Shown here: in pieces, positions 8,456 to 18,421 of the stretch
How positions within the stretch are numbered: position 1 is the first letter of the stretch
How the letters are laid out: every line of letters starts with the position of its first letter
NCBI GenBank assembly: GCA_963667845.2
Contig: CAXXVL010000002.1
Span: 1 to 64,000 of the forward strand
Direction: 5' to 3'
Length of the DNA: 64,000 bases
DNA from: Smithellaceae bacterium
Lineage (GTDB): Bacteria > Desulfobacterota > Syntrophia > Syntrophales > Smithellaceae
Made by a program: the position numbers and the translations under genes
Notes under the pieces: model-generated
Seen by the model: the letters and a program-made list of their open reading frames with translations, nothing else
What the model was told of the DNA's origin: nothing
Databases searched by the model: none

Positions 8456-11443
8456 CTACGTCTCCGATAGTCTCTCCAGCGTCAATTTTTCGGCCAGATA
8501 CAAATTGGCGTCCTCGAGTTTCTCCTGTGCCGCATATACGGCAACAGCTTTCGCACCGGCGGCTTCGGCAAAGTAACCGGCCAGCACCTTTCTCACTTGC
8601 TGCGGAGTCGCAGCAAATATCCGGTCCCGAAAGACCTGACGCATCTGGTCGGTTGCTCCGACGAAATGGCGGATCATCGCCACGTACCCCCGGCCCGACG
8701 GATCGAGAGGCTTATCGAGCGCGCTAAGCGCGCTGATGACAGCTTTTTCCATATCGTCGGCCGGCATATCGTTTTGGGAATAGAATTTCTGTGCTTCCTG
8801 GAAAACGCTCAATGTTTCAGCGATATGCGGATCCCGATACGACAAAAAGGAAAAAAGGCCGAGCGTTGCGTCAAAAGAAGACATGCCGCCGTAAGCGCCG
8901 CCCTGAACCCGGATATACTTATAAAGGTAGCTGTTGGACAGTTCCCGTGACGCCAGCATCAAAAGCGCTGCGGTCGGGTCATTGTATGAGGGTGCTTTCA
9001 TGACGCGGGCGACGTATGATACCTGGGTGGGCACCGCTATTCCGGCGTAGACGGGTGTGAGAACGGGCTGGTCCGGTTTGCCCGCGCGTTGACCCGGCGG
9101 CAGTTTCTCAAGCAGCCGGCCCAGATGATCTTTGATAAGCTGCAATCCCGCCTCTTCTGCGGTGATATTGACGACCAGATTCTCCCTCGTGAAAATAATT
9201 TGCTTCAATTCTACAAGCTTCTCGCACAGGGTCTTCCGGGAGGCGTCAAAGTCTGCCGCCTGCAATTGCACAAACCGCAATTGGGTCCGGCCATTCCACT
9301 GTTCATCGCGGTAAGCGGGAAGCGTCAGCCCCGCGCCGGCGGCCCTCTTGGCGAAGACATGCCCGTTCGGGACAATCGCGGATTGCAGATTATTCTTTCG
9401 TTCGGCAATCAAATCCTGCATTCTTGCTGCCTGGTCCAAATCTCCGGCGCAAAGAATGTCGCTGACGGTGTCGAGCGCTTGAGGCACATTTCGATAGAGC
9501 GCTTTAAAAGAAAAAATCATTTTCTGCCAGGTGTCGGCTGCGTCTGCCGTAAAACCGGCGGACAGGTCATACCCGAATCCGCCCATGGTGAGCGCAATGC
9601 GCTTGGCCATTTCGTCATACGTGAAACCCGCTGCGCCCATGCCGCTCATGATTTTTCCCACGAGCGGCAGGTAAGGCTGGAGGTCTTCGGGGACATGCGC
9701 GATATCAAAGGCCAGATCAACGTAGGCAATGCCGTTGGTGAAGAGATCATGTGTGAGAGCCGGCACGGACGAAAGCGATGTCTCGACCGTCGGAATGGTT
9801 TCGATCTGACGCGGAATATCGTCCAGCTGCAGTTTCGGCAGCGTTGCCGCGGACTCGGGAGAATCCGTTGCGTTTTGAAAGGCTTTCAGCCGGGCCGCCT
9901 GCTCATCGATCTCGCGCAGCTGTTCTTTCGAGAAACCGGCCCTGAGAGCCATCATCTTTGCTTTCAGCCGCTCCTCATTTTTCCGGCTGAAATCGGGATC
10001 GGGTTCCATCACGGCAAGCAGACGATGCGGATTATCGACAAGCCATTTCTGGATTATCGTCTGGAAGACCAGCGGATCATCCGTCCAGCGCCTCCGGATA
10101 TTTTCAATCACACGGGAGAAATCGATACCGACGAGAGGATCGCCGTCATAGAGCCATGTCTGGAAAACGTTTCCCATCAGGGTAATGCCGTACGGGTAAG
10201 AGCCGCGCGAAATTTCCTTGCCGTGAAACTCCACCTGATGCAGGATGCCTTCAACCAGTTCCCGGTCGAATCCGTCCGCTACAATCTTTTGCAGCGTACC
10301 GTCGATCAGCTTTTCAATTTTATCGATATCCGCGCTTTTGGCATTGCGCAGGCCGGCGCAGAACATAAGCTGCTTCAGATCGGACTCTATACCGGATACC
10401 GGCGACATGTCTTCGCCCAGGCCGGAATCGATCAGCGCCCGGCGCAGGGGACTGGCCGCGCTGCCTACGAGCAGGCCGGAAGTAATTTCCAGCAAAAGCG
10501 CCGTCTCAAAATCTTTATTTTCGGCAAGCATCCAGGCAACATTCACCATCATCTTGCACGCGAGCGACTCCCCTTCCTCGACCGGAAACGTTCCCCGGAT
10601 GCGCCGCGGTTCAGTAAAAAACGGCTGGCTCTTGATCGACGAATCCACGTCGACGCGATCAAATCCGGAGAGCATCTCTTCGAGAAATTTCAGGTGTTCG
10701 GCCGTGGGAATATCGCCATAGATAAAGAAGCGGGCATTGGTCGGCGAATAATACTTCCGGTGAAAGTCCTTAAACTGTTCGTAGGTCAGGCTGGGAATAA
10801 CCTCCGGATCACCGCCGGAATCGAGAGCATAAACGGTTTCCGGATAGAGATTTTCCTGGATATCCTTGAACATGAGCGAATCGGGCGACGAGTAGGCGCC
10901 TTTCATTTCATTGTAGACGATTCCTGAAATGACCAGATCGCTTGACGGATCGCCGGGTGTCGAAAATTCCAGATGATGGCCTTCCTGCAAAAATGTCTCC
11001 CGCAGCAGCCGGGGATGCAAAACCAAATCCGTGTATACCCGCGCCAGGTTATAGAAATCAGTTTTGATCTGGCTTGCGACCGGATACACCGTTTTGTCCG
11101 GATAGGTAAAGGCATTGATAAAGGTCTGCATCGTCGACCGCATGAGTTCCTTGAAAGCGTCCTTGAGCGGATACTTTTCCGATCCGGCCAGGACCGAATG
11201 TTCCAGGATATGCGGCAGGCCCGTGGAATCCGCAGGCGGCGTGCGAAAACCGATCGCGTATAAATTTTCGCGGTCAAAAGCGTGCAGGTGCAGAACTTTC
11301 GCGCCGGTTTTGACGTGCTCCATTTCATAAGCGGTGAGCCGCATGGCTTCGATCGGCACAACGCGCAAGATGTTGAATCCGCTTATACTGTCGCCCGCCG
11401 TCAGTGTCGCGCGGGGAAAGGTCTCCTGTTTCGTCATAATCAT
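8456..11443 (-). CDS. M16C/insulinase-family metallopeptidase (presequence protease-like)
   Basis: HILEH inverted zinc motif, NAFTYPDKTVYP, GGAYGG, SYRDPH. Confidence 0.93.
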   Translation of the reverse strand: MIMTKQETFPRATLTAGDSISGFNILRVVPIEAMRLTAYEMEHVKTGAKVLHLHAFDRENLYAIGFRTPPADSTGLPHILEHSVLAGSEKYPLKDAFKELMRSTMQTFINAFTYPDKTVYPVASQIKTDFYNLARVYTDLVLHPRLLRETFLQEGHHLEFSTPGDPSSDLVISGIVYNEMKGAYSSPDSLMFKDIQENLYPETVYALDSGGDPEVIPSLTYEQFKDFHRKYYSPTNARFFIYGDIPTAEHLKFLEEMLSGFDRVDVDSSIKSQPFFTEPRRIRGTFPVEEGESLACKMMVNVAWMLAENKDFETALLLEITSGLLVGSAASPLRRALIDSGLGEDMSPVSGIESDLKQLMFCAGLRNAKSADIDKIEKLIDGTLQKIVADGFDRELVEGILHQVEFHGKEISRGSYPYGITLMGNVFQTWLYDGDPLVGIDFSRVIENIRRRWTDDPLVFQTIIQKWLVDNPHRLLAVMEPDPDFSRKNEERLKAKMMALRAGFSKEQLREIDEQAARLKAFQNATDSPESAATLPKLQLDDIPRQIETIPTVETSLSSVPALTHDLFTNGIAYVDLAFDIAHVPEDLQPYLPLVGKIMSGMGAAGFTYDEMAKRIALTMGGFGYDLSAGFTADAADTWQKMIFSFKALYRNVPQALDTVSDILCAGDLDQAARMQDLIAERKNNLQSAIVPNGHVFAKRAAGAGLTLPAYRDEQWNGRTQLRFVQLQAADFDASRKTLCEKLVELKQIIFTRENLVVNITAEEAGLQLIKDHLGRLLEKLPPGQRAGKPDQPVLTPVYAGIAVPTQVSYVARVMKAPSYNDPTAALLMLASRELSNSYLYKYIRVQGGAYGGMSSFDATLGLFSFLSYRDPHIAETLSVFQEAQKFYSQNDMPADDMEKAVISALSALDKPLDPSGRGYVAMIRHFVGATDQMRQVFRDRIFAATPQQVRKVLAGYFAEAAGAKAVAVYAAQEKLEDANLYLAEKLTLERLSET

Positions 11444-11634
11444 CCCTTCAATGTAATTTAATTTATATTTTGTATAATGACTCCGGGCGGTCCTGTCAAC
11501 CTGGTCCGGCCGGATTTCCCCATGGTAAAAACGGGGACGTCACTTGGGTGGCCCGCCTGGATCTGTCACAAGGAGAAGGACAGACTCGATCCCCGCTTTG
11601 AGCCGGACACATTCGCTGTCCACAGGGAGAAGTG

Positions 11635-12819
11635 CTATTCCGGACAATCTTGAATTGTCACACGGCGATTCTGCGCCTGGCCTTCCGGCGAATCGTTGTC
11701 GGCAATCGGCTGGGAGGAACCGACGCCCTTAACGATCATGCGCTGCTCGTCGATATTGTATTTTTCGACCAGATAATTCTTTACGCTTTCGGCGCGTCTT
11801 TTCGACAAATCCATATTATAGGCCTCCCGGCCGACGTTATCCGCATGGCCGGTGACAACCAGCCTCGACTGGGGATACGTGACCAGATATTCCATGATCG
11901 TCTCCATGACCTCCGGGGCGATGGAAACAAGCTCCGTGGAATTCAAATCAAATCTGACGGTGATATTGACGCAGCCGGGTTTACTGTATCGGTCGTTTGT
12001 GGAAATCTTCGGTGTACGGGAGGGAATCGACGTCCTTCTGGGCAGCGAAATCACCGGCGTCCGGGCGACGATTTTTTCTTTCGCCGCTTCCGTGATGGCG
12101 ACATCTTTCGCCTCACTGCTGAAGTAGATATCGCCGATCATACCGTCAGCTGATGTTTTGGTCCGCTGCGTGTTGATGTGGACCTGCAGGCCGGTGGTGA
12201 CGCCCAGCGGCTCTCCCCCGTTGATATCACCGAAAAGCTTTTTGTAGTCCTCATAAATATTGCGCCGCTCCGTGTACCATTGACCCGTTTTGTCCGTTTT
12301 ATTTCGTAAAACGATGTAGCGCATTTTATCGCCGCCGATTTGCGTGCTGCGGCCGCTCCAGCCTTTGGGCGCTTCGTTGTCCCAGATATAGCCGATAACC
12401 GGTGTGTTCAGAACGGCCGGAAACCCCGTCTCCTTGAAAGCGACGTACACCTGCAGGGCCTGGTCATCAGTTGCTTTTTTGCGGACGTCGCCGCCCGCGG
12501 GCATCCTGTCCACCTTCCAGCGCCAGGAAATGACCGGGAATTCTTTCACGTTGATCCGCGCCGACGTGCGCACGCCGAAGGACGAGCTGCCCTGCGAGAG
12601 CAGGTGCAGATAATAAAAGTTTTCTCCGTCTTTCTCTATTTTCAGCGACGGTGTTCCGGTCTTCTTCTCCAGGGCCCAGCCGGCGGGCGCTCCGCCGGGC
12701 ATCTCGAGCGATCGAAACTTGGTCACCGGAATGACGGACGCAGTCGAACTCGCGCACAGAGCGAAGACAAAAAACAGCAAGGCGAGACAGCACGAAATCT
12801 TCGATGGAAACTTACGCAT
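11635..12819 (-). CDS. Exported DUF3047-like domain fused to OmpA-like peptidoglycan-binding domain
   Basis: Signal peptide; WRWKV, DDQALQVYVAF, YIWD, WYTERRNIYEDY; C-terminal GHAD, NMDLSKRRAESV, NRRV. Confidence 0.8.
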   Translation of the reverse strand: MRKFPSKISCCLALLFFVFALCASSTASVIPVTKFRSLEMPGGAPAGWALEKKTGTPSLKIEKDGENFYYLHLLSQGSSSFGVRTSARINVKEFPVISWRWKVDRMPAGGDVRKKATDDQALQVYVAFKETGFPAVLNTPVIGYIWDNEAPKGWSGRSTQIGGDKMRYIVLRNKTDKTGQWYTERRNIYEDYKKLFGDINGGEPLGVTTGLQVHINTQRTKTSADGMIGDIYFSSEAKDVAITEAAKEKIVARTPVISLPRRTSIPSRTPKISTNDRYSKPGCVNITVRFDLNSTELVSIAPEVMETIMEYLVTYPQSRLVVTGHADNVGREAYNMDLSKRRAESVKNYLVEKYNIDEQRMIVKGVGSSQPIADNDSPEGQAQNRRVTIQDCPE

Positions 12820-13402
12820 GGCTGCCGGACAGTTTCCTTTCGCGCAGCGCCATGATTTCCGTCCGGGTCAGAACGGACTGCACGCAATCAACGTGCTCAA
12901 GGATATTTTCCCTGCCGCCTTCTTCGCGATCGATCAGCGTAATGACGCGATCAATGATCAATCCGGCCTTCCGGGCATGTTCAATGGCCGTGATCGTAGA
13001 GCCGCCTGTCGTGATGACATCGTCGATAATCACCACTTTTTCTCCGGACTGAACATTGCCCTCGATGGCACTCTTGGTGCCGTGATCCTTCACGTCTTTG
13101 CGCACAATAAAGGCTTTAACCGGTTTGCCCTTCTGGAAGGAAATGACGGCAAGCGCATCGGCAATCGGATCGGCGCCCAGGGTGAGCCCTCCCGCTGCAG
13201 TGACCGGCGCCTCTTTGATCATGTCAAAAATAATCTCGCCGATCAGATTCATCCCCTCCGGATCCAGCGTGGTCGGTTTGCAGTTAAAATAGAAATTACT
13301 CTGCCGGCCCGAGGCCAGAGTAAAAGGCGGGTTGTCGCTGTATTTGAAAGATCGCTCCAGAATAATTTCACCAAGACGCTCCCTTTTCTGTTGAATGGTC
13401 AT
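12812..13402 (-). CDS. pyrE: Orotate phosphoribosyltransferase
   Basis: FTLASGRQSNFYF, VRKDVKDHG, VIIDDVITTGGS. Confidence 0.95.
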   Translation of the reverse strand: MTIQQKRERLGEIILERSFKYSDNPPFTLASGRQSNFYFNCKPTTLDPEGMNLIGEIIFDMIKEAPVTAAGGLTLGADPIADALAVISFQKGKPVKAFIVRKDVKDHGTKSAIEGNVQSGEKVVIIDDVITTGGSTITAIEHARKAGLIIDRVITLIDREEGGRENILEHVDCVQSVLTRTEIMALRERKLSGSHA

Positions 13403-13424
13403 AAGATTTTCCTCCGCTATCGTT

Positions 13425-14144
13425 TTATGATTGAGAATTATGATCGTTGATCACGAACTTGATGGGTAATTCCGCCCACGTTTTATAAGGGACGCCGGCC
13501 TTCTTCGCCGGTTCGAATTTCCATTTTTTCACTGCTTTGATTGCGCTTTGATCGAGAATCGCATAACCGGATGATTTGCTGACGAGTGCTTTGCCCACGC
13601 GCCCATCCGCCAGGATTTCCGCCGCCACCAGCACAACTCCCTCATAGCCCTGTTGCCGCGCCAGTTCCGGATATCCCGGAGCCGGGTTTTCCCGGTACAG
13701 AGGATAGGCATTCGATAAGGCGGGCACCGTTCCGGATGCCGCCTGCGGCCGGCCGGCGTCGGAAAAAGAAGAATAGCTTCCCGCCGCCGCGTAGGCAACC
13801 GGTTTCGCAGCGGACGGCGCCGGGCCGTCACCCAAAGCCACACCGGAGCTTTCGACCGGTTTTTCCGGTTCGGCAACCCGGACGTCGGGGCGCGCCGGGA
13901 TTTCCGGCCGAGCCGCGGCCATGGGCTCCGCCCATGACTTTTGCGTTATGTGATTCTTCCCGGCAGGCAAAATTGACGCTTTATCTTTCGCGGCCATCGA
14001 TACCCACATAAAATCGAGTTTCGCCGGATCCCGCGGCAGCAAGCCATTTCCGGACAGAGTGAAAACCAGCAAGACCGCCGCCAGTCCATGCAGACCGAGA
14101 GATATGCAAATACCCAATAATCTGTTTTGTTTTTCACTCATCAT
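13425..14144 (-). CDS. Energy transducer TonB-family protein
   Basis: N-terminal TM with SxxLH, Pro-rich linker, YPELARQQGYEG, SSGYAILD, WKFEPA. Confidence 0.88.
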   Translation of the reverse strand: MMSEKQNRLLGICISLGLHGLAAVLLVFTLSGNGLLPRDPAKLDFMWVSMAAKDKASILPAGKNHITQKSWAEPMAAARPEIPARPDVRVAEPEKPVESSGVALGDGPAPSAAKPVAYAAAGSYSSFSDAGRPQAASGTVPALSNAYPLYRENPAPGYPELARQQGYEGVVLVAAEILADGRVGKALVSKSSGYAILDQSAIKAVKKWKFEPAKKAGVPYKTWAELPIKFVINDHNSQS

Positions 14145-14154
14145 GGATGCATTT

Positions 14155-16557
14155 CTATTTGTTCAGCAACTGATCAACGATTCTGACTGCGGCCACACCG
14201 TCTTTTGCAAAGGACGCACCGATGGATTCGGCATAAGCCTCGGTGACTACCGCGCCGCCGACGAGAAAATCCGCCCGGATGCCGCGGGCCCGGGCAAGCG
14301 CAATAACTTCCTTCATGTTGACCATCGTCGTCGTCATCAACGCGGAAAGGCCGATCACATCCGGCTTTTCTTTTTTGGCCGTTTCGATGATGATTTCGTC
14401 CGCAACGTCTTTGCCCAGATCAATGACGCGATATCCGTAATTCCGCAAAAGCAGCGCGACGATATTCTTACCGATGTCATGAATATCGCCCCGGACGGTC
14501 GCCAGGATGATCTTGCCCTTATCTGCCGCCGCCGTTTGCTTGAGCAGCGGATCCAGGTAGGCCAGCGCTTTTTTCATCGCTTCCGCCGCCGCCATCAACT
14601 GCGGCAGAAAATAAATCTTCTTTTCATATAAATCGCCCACACGCACGATGGCCGGAATCAGAATTTCATCCACGATCCGGCTTGCGGGCCTGCCGGTCTG
14701 GAGAACGGCTTCGATGAGCGCCGCAATGCGGTCCCGGTCTCCGTCGAGGATGGCTGCGGTGATTTTTTCCTCAGGCGTCATGGACACCAGAACGGCTTTG
14801 GGGATGTCGGTAGCAGACGGCTCGGAAAAATGATTGATGAAATGCAGGGCCGCCCTTTCTTTGGCCATCAGGGTATCCCCTGCTTTCTTCACATTCATGA
14901 ATTCCACGCTGGCCGGATTGGCGATCGCCATGGTGAGACCGCAATACTCGGCCATGGCCAGGAAAGCAGCATTGAGCCAGGGGCGCCCCGGCATGCCGAA
15001 AGATACATTGGACAGTCCGAGGATCGTTCTGCTCTTGAACGTTTTGCGGCACCAGGCCACGGTGGCCAGCGTTTCTTTAGCGGCTGTGCTGTCGGAAGCA
15101 ACGGCCATCACCAGACCGTCTACAACAAAATCGTCTTTGGTGAAGCCGAATTTCTGCGCCTTCTGATAAATCGACAAGATGACGGCCCGGCGTTTTTGGG
15201 TTGTGTGCGGAATATCGCCGTCCGTCAGAGGCAGCAGGATAAACATCGCGCCGTATTTGGCCGCGAGCGGCAGGAGTCTCGCCAGCTTTTCTTTTTCGCC
15301 GGAGATGGAATTGATCAGCATCCGGCCCGGATAGAGCCTCAGGGCGGCTTCAATGGTTTCCACCCGGGAGGAATCGATCACCAGCGGCAACCGGGTGGAC
15401 GTGGATAAAAGTCCGACCACTTTCTTGATGGTTTGAACTTCATCGATGCCCGGCTGGCCGACGTTGACGTCCAGCAGAGACGCGCCCTGCGCTTCCTGCT
15501 CCTGAGCCATCCTGCGGATGATCGACAGGTTGCCTTCCAGCAACTCCTGTTGCAGAGCCTTCTTGCCGGTGGGGTTGATCCGTTCGCCGACGACGACCAG
15601 CGGCTGATCTTCATCCAGGTGCAAAAAGCTGCGGGCCGAACTGAGCGCGGCAAGAGATGCGCGACGCGGTTTAACCGGTTTCCGTCCTCCGGCGGCGCGG
15701 GCCACTGCTGCAATATGCGCCGGAGTCGTCCCGCAGCAGCCCCCCACGAGGTTCGCACCCGCCGCCGCAAGCTTGCGGGCAAAAGCGGCGAACGTTTTGG
15801 CGTCCATATCGAAAACGGTTTTCAGACCCTCGAGCCGCGGCATGCCGGCATTGGGTTTGGCCAGGATCGGGACTGTCGCGTAGGGCTTCATTGCGGCAAC
15901 AAATTCCAGCATCTTTTCCGGACCCGCCGAGCAATTGCAGCCCACGGCATCCGCGCCCAGGCTCTGCAAGGTGATCAGCGCGGCCACGGGCGGCGTTCCG
16001 CCCAGGGTGTGTCCGTCATTTTCATAGGTCATAGACACCACGGTAAAGATGTCGGAAAGCTCCTTCACGGCGATGAGCGCAGCCCGCGTTTCCTGAATGT
16101 CGATCATCGTTTCGATGACAATCAGATCGCAGCCGCCGTCGATCAGACCTTTTGCCTGTTCTTTAAAAGCATCCACTGCCTCGTCAAAGGCAAGCGGTCC
16201 GAAAGGTTCGACAAACAATCCGGTGGGGCCGATGTCGCCGGCCACGAGCGCCTTCTTCCCGCAGGCTTTCGCGGCCAGGCGCGCCAGTTCCAGGTTCACC
16301 GAATAAACGTCTTTTTTAACGCCGTATTGCTGAAGTTTGAATCGATTCGCGCCGAAGGTGCAGGTATAGACGATCTGGGCGCCGGCCTTTTGATAGGATG
16401 CATGGACCTCCTGGATGATCGATGGATTTTCCAGGCACCAGATTTCGGGACACACACCGGCGGGCAACCCTTTTTTCTGCAGTTCCGTTCCGGTCGCCCC
16501 GTCCAGGATAACCACTTCTTTGCTGAGAAGATTCTTAATTTTAACGTTTTGAGTCAC
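14155..16557 (-). CDS. metH: B12-dependent methionine synthase lacking the C-terminal reactivation domain
   Basis: LDGATGT, GCNC, GGCCGTTP, GERINPTG, GDIHDIGKNIV, LSALMTTT. Confidence 0.9.
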   Translation of the reverse strand: MTQNVKIKNLLSKEVVILDGATGTELQKKGLPAGVCPEIWCLENPSIIQEVHASYQKAGAQIVYTCTFGANRFKLQQYGVKKDVYSVNLELARLAAKACGKKALVAGDIGPTGLFVEPFGPLAFDEAVDAFKEQAKGLIDGGCDLIVIETMIDIQETRAALIAVKELSDIFTVVSMTYENDGHTLGGTPPVAALITLQSLGADAVGCNCSAGPEKMLEFVAAMKPYATVPILAKPNAGMPRLEGLKTVFDMDAKTFAAFARKLAAAGANLVGGCCGTTPAHIAAVARAAGGRKPVKPRRASLAALSSARSFLHLDEDQPLVVVGERINPTGKKALQQELLEGNLSIIRRMAQEQEAQGASLLDVNVGQPGIDEVQTIKKVVGLLSTSTRLPLVIDSSRVETIEAALRLYPGRMLINSISGEKEKLARLLPLAAKYGAMFILLPLTDGDIPHTTQKRRAVILSIYQKAQKFGFTKDDFVVDGLVMAVASDSTAAKETLATVAWCRKTFKSRTILGLSNVSFGMPGRPWLNAAFLAMAEYCGLTMAIANPASVEFMNVKKAGDTLMAKERAALHFINHFSEPSATDIPKAVLVSMTPEEKITAAILDGDRDRIAALIEAVLQTGRPASRIVDEILIPAIVRVGDLYEKKIYFLPQLMAAAEAMKKALAYLDPLLKQTAAADKGKIILATVRGDIHDIGKNIVALLLRNYGYRVIDLGKDVADEIIIETAKKEKPDVIGLSALMTTTMVNMKEVIALARARGIRADFLVGGAVVTEAYAESIGASFAKDGVAAVRIVDQLLNK

Positions 16558-16718
16558 GAAATACTCCCTGAGGTATCGCCAGTTTTTAAGGTGCCTCTTA
16601 TACCATCTTTGGAATCAGAAGTGGAATTATTTTTCAGCCGGAACAGGAATCAATTTCTGTTGAACATCAAGGGATTATCTTCAATGGTCGCCACGGGAGA
16701 AGAGGCGGGAAGGAAACC

Positions 16719-17852
16719 TTAATCCGAGAATAGCTGCAGCTGCGCCTCGCGCTGCCCGGGTGCTTTAAAGGCGGATGTACGTTTGATGCGGGAACGTTTT
16801 ACGGAAACCTTTTTTCTTTCGGACTCGCGTACGCTGACCGGCTGACCAAAAACGGGGTGGCGGCTGGCAGCCAGCCTCACGAACAGGCTTCCCATCTGCG
16901 CGTAGGAAACACCGGCAATTTCGGCGGCGCAGGCCATACTGGCTTCACTACTGATATCGGCATTGGGGTTGACATCGAGCACGTAGAAAACATTGTCCCG
17001 CAGGCGGATGTCCATACGGGCGTAATCCCGGCATCCCAGAGTCCGATAAGCGTCGCAGCAAACCTTTTCCAGCGCCAGGGTCTCTTCATCGGAAAGCGGC
17101 GCAGGCAGCAGCGTTTCGATTTTCTCATAGTGGTCGGAGCCGGGAATAAATTTGGAGTCGTACGTGCAAAGCCGGTCTTTGATGTCGGTGAAGAAAGAAA
17201 AGTCCATTTCCGCAGCCGGCAGAACGGTCAGTTTTTCATTGCCCCAGACGGAAACGTGGAATTCGCGCCCGTCGATAAAATCTTCCACCATGGCCGGTTG
17301 ATTGTAGGTCTCTAAAATGAACTGGACGCGATTCTCGAGATCCAACGGATTGAGCACCACGGAGTCGGGAGTGATGCCCGCCGAGCAATGCTCATTCATT
17401 GGTTTGACAATGGCCGGAAAACGATCCCAAGCGCACGGTTCGGCATCATGATAGATCCGCCAGGCGGGCGTCGGGATGCCGGCCTGATCCAGGAGGACTT
17501 TGACCCGAAACTTATCCTGAGCCAGGGCAAGCGTCTCGGAGTCGGCCCCGGTAAAGGTGAACCCCAGCATCTCGAGGCGTTTGGCCACCAGCCATTCGCT
17601 GTGTTCCAGACCCGGCAGGCCTTCACACCAGTTAAAAATAATATGTTCCGAGGGATCAAAAGAATGGAGATGGTTGGCGATGTCATCGTCGGCGATGGGA
17701 ACGAATACGATGGGGTAACCCACATCGATCAGAGCGTGGCCGAGTTGTGTGGAGAGATTAATGACCTCCTCCTTTTCGGCCTGTGTCCAGTGTGGATCAA
17801 TATTATACAATAAGACGACCGGGATTTTTTCGGGTACAACCTCTACCGGCAC
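16719..17852 (-). CDS. D-Ala-D-Ala ligase-like ATP-grasp protein
   Basis: FNWCEG, FTGAD, DKFRVK, VKP..EH.SAGI, EDFIDGREF, RDYARMDIR, DVNPN. Confidence 0.8.
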   Translation of the reverse strand: MPVEVVPEKIPVVLLYNIDPHWTQAEKEEVINLSTQLGHALIDVGYPIVFVPIADDDIANHLHSFDPSEHIIFNWCEGLPGLEHSEWLVAKRLEMLGFTFTGADSETLALAQDKFRVKVLLDQAGIPTPAWRIYHDAEPCAWDRFPAIVKPMNEHCSAGITPDSVVLNPLDLENRVQFILETYNQPAMVEDFIDGREFHVSVWGNEKLTVLPAAEMDFSFFTDIKDRLCTYDSKFIPGSDHYEKIETLLPAPLSDEETLALEKVCCDAYRTLGCRDYARMDIRLRDNVFYVLDVNPNADISSEASMACAAEIAGVSYAQMGSLFVRLAASRHPVFGQPVSVRESERKKVSVKRSRIKRTSAFKAPGQREAQLQLFSD

Positions 17853-18292
17853 TATTGACCTCCATCCTGTAACGATTTTTTCTTTTGCTCCTCTTCACCG
17901 GGGATTGTTTCCATCACCCCCGCCTCTCCCTGGTTTTTCCAAATTTTGCAATCGCCGCCGTGATCGGAACCTTTTTTTTAATATACATATTTTTAAAATA
18001 ATTCCAAGCATTGATTTCAATTTTCATGCAAAAAATGCAACTGAAGATCAATGTCCGGCCCCGTCACGCCTGGGCCCCGAAAATTTTTCCCCAACATGAC
18101 CCCGGGCAAGTGTCGATCGCCGCGCGAGCGGACAGTCTCTGATCCCGTCTGCATCAGGCATCAAAAGACACTGAAGGCGTCAGATGAATCGCGCAAAACC
18201 CGCTTCCAGGTTCATTTCCAAATCGAGATCACGTCTCTTCCGCGGCGGCGGCGCAAGTCGATCTTGTTACGAAGACAGCGGCAACAAAATGA

Positions 18293-18321
18293 TTGACAGC
18301 CCACCGGCGACGGATTATGGT
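18293..18321 (+). promoter_or_regulatory. sigma70-type promoter
   Basis: TTGACA-17 bp-TATGGT about 100 bp upstream of the 18422 start. Confidence 0.55.
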
Positions 18322-18421
18322 TCCACCATAATAATAAATTGTACCAGGCGAATCGAAGGATAGTATCCTAGTTGTTGCTCTCCCCCGGCAATAACATCAC
18401 CCAAACAGAAACGGAACCATC

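Noticed and set aside
9089..10927. 612-aa plus-strand ORF and similar long antisense ORFs (15433-16722, 28039-28893, 29384-30529, 48249-49214, 58564-59424)
   Set aside because: Shadow frames opposite well-supported genes in GC-rich DNA, with no recognisable motifs.
16558..16718. SAM or cobalamin riboswitch upstream of metH
   Set aside because: No recognisable conserved core motifs in this gap.
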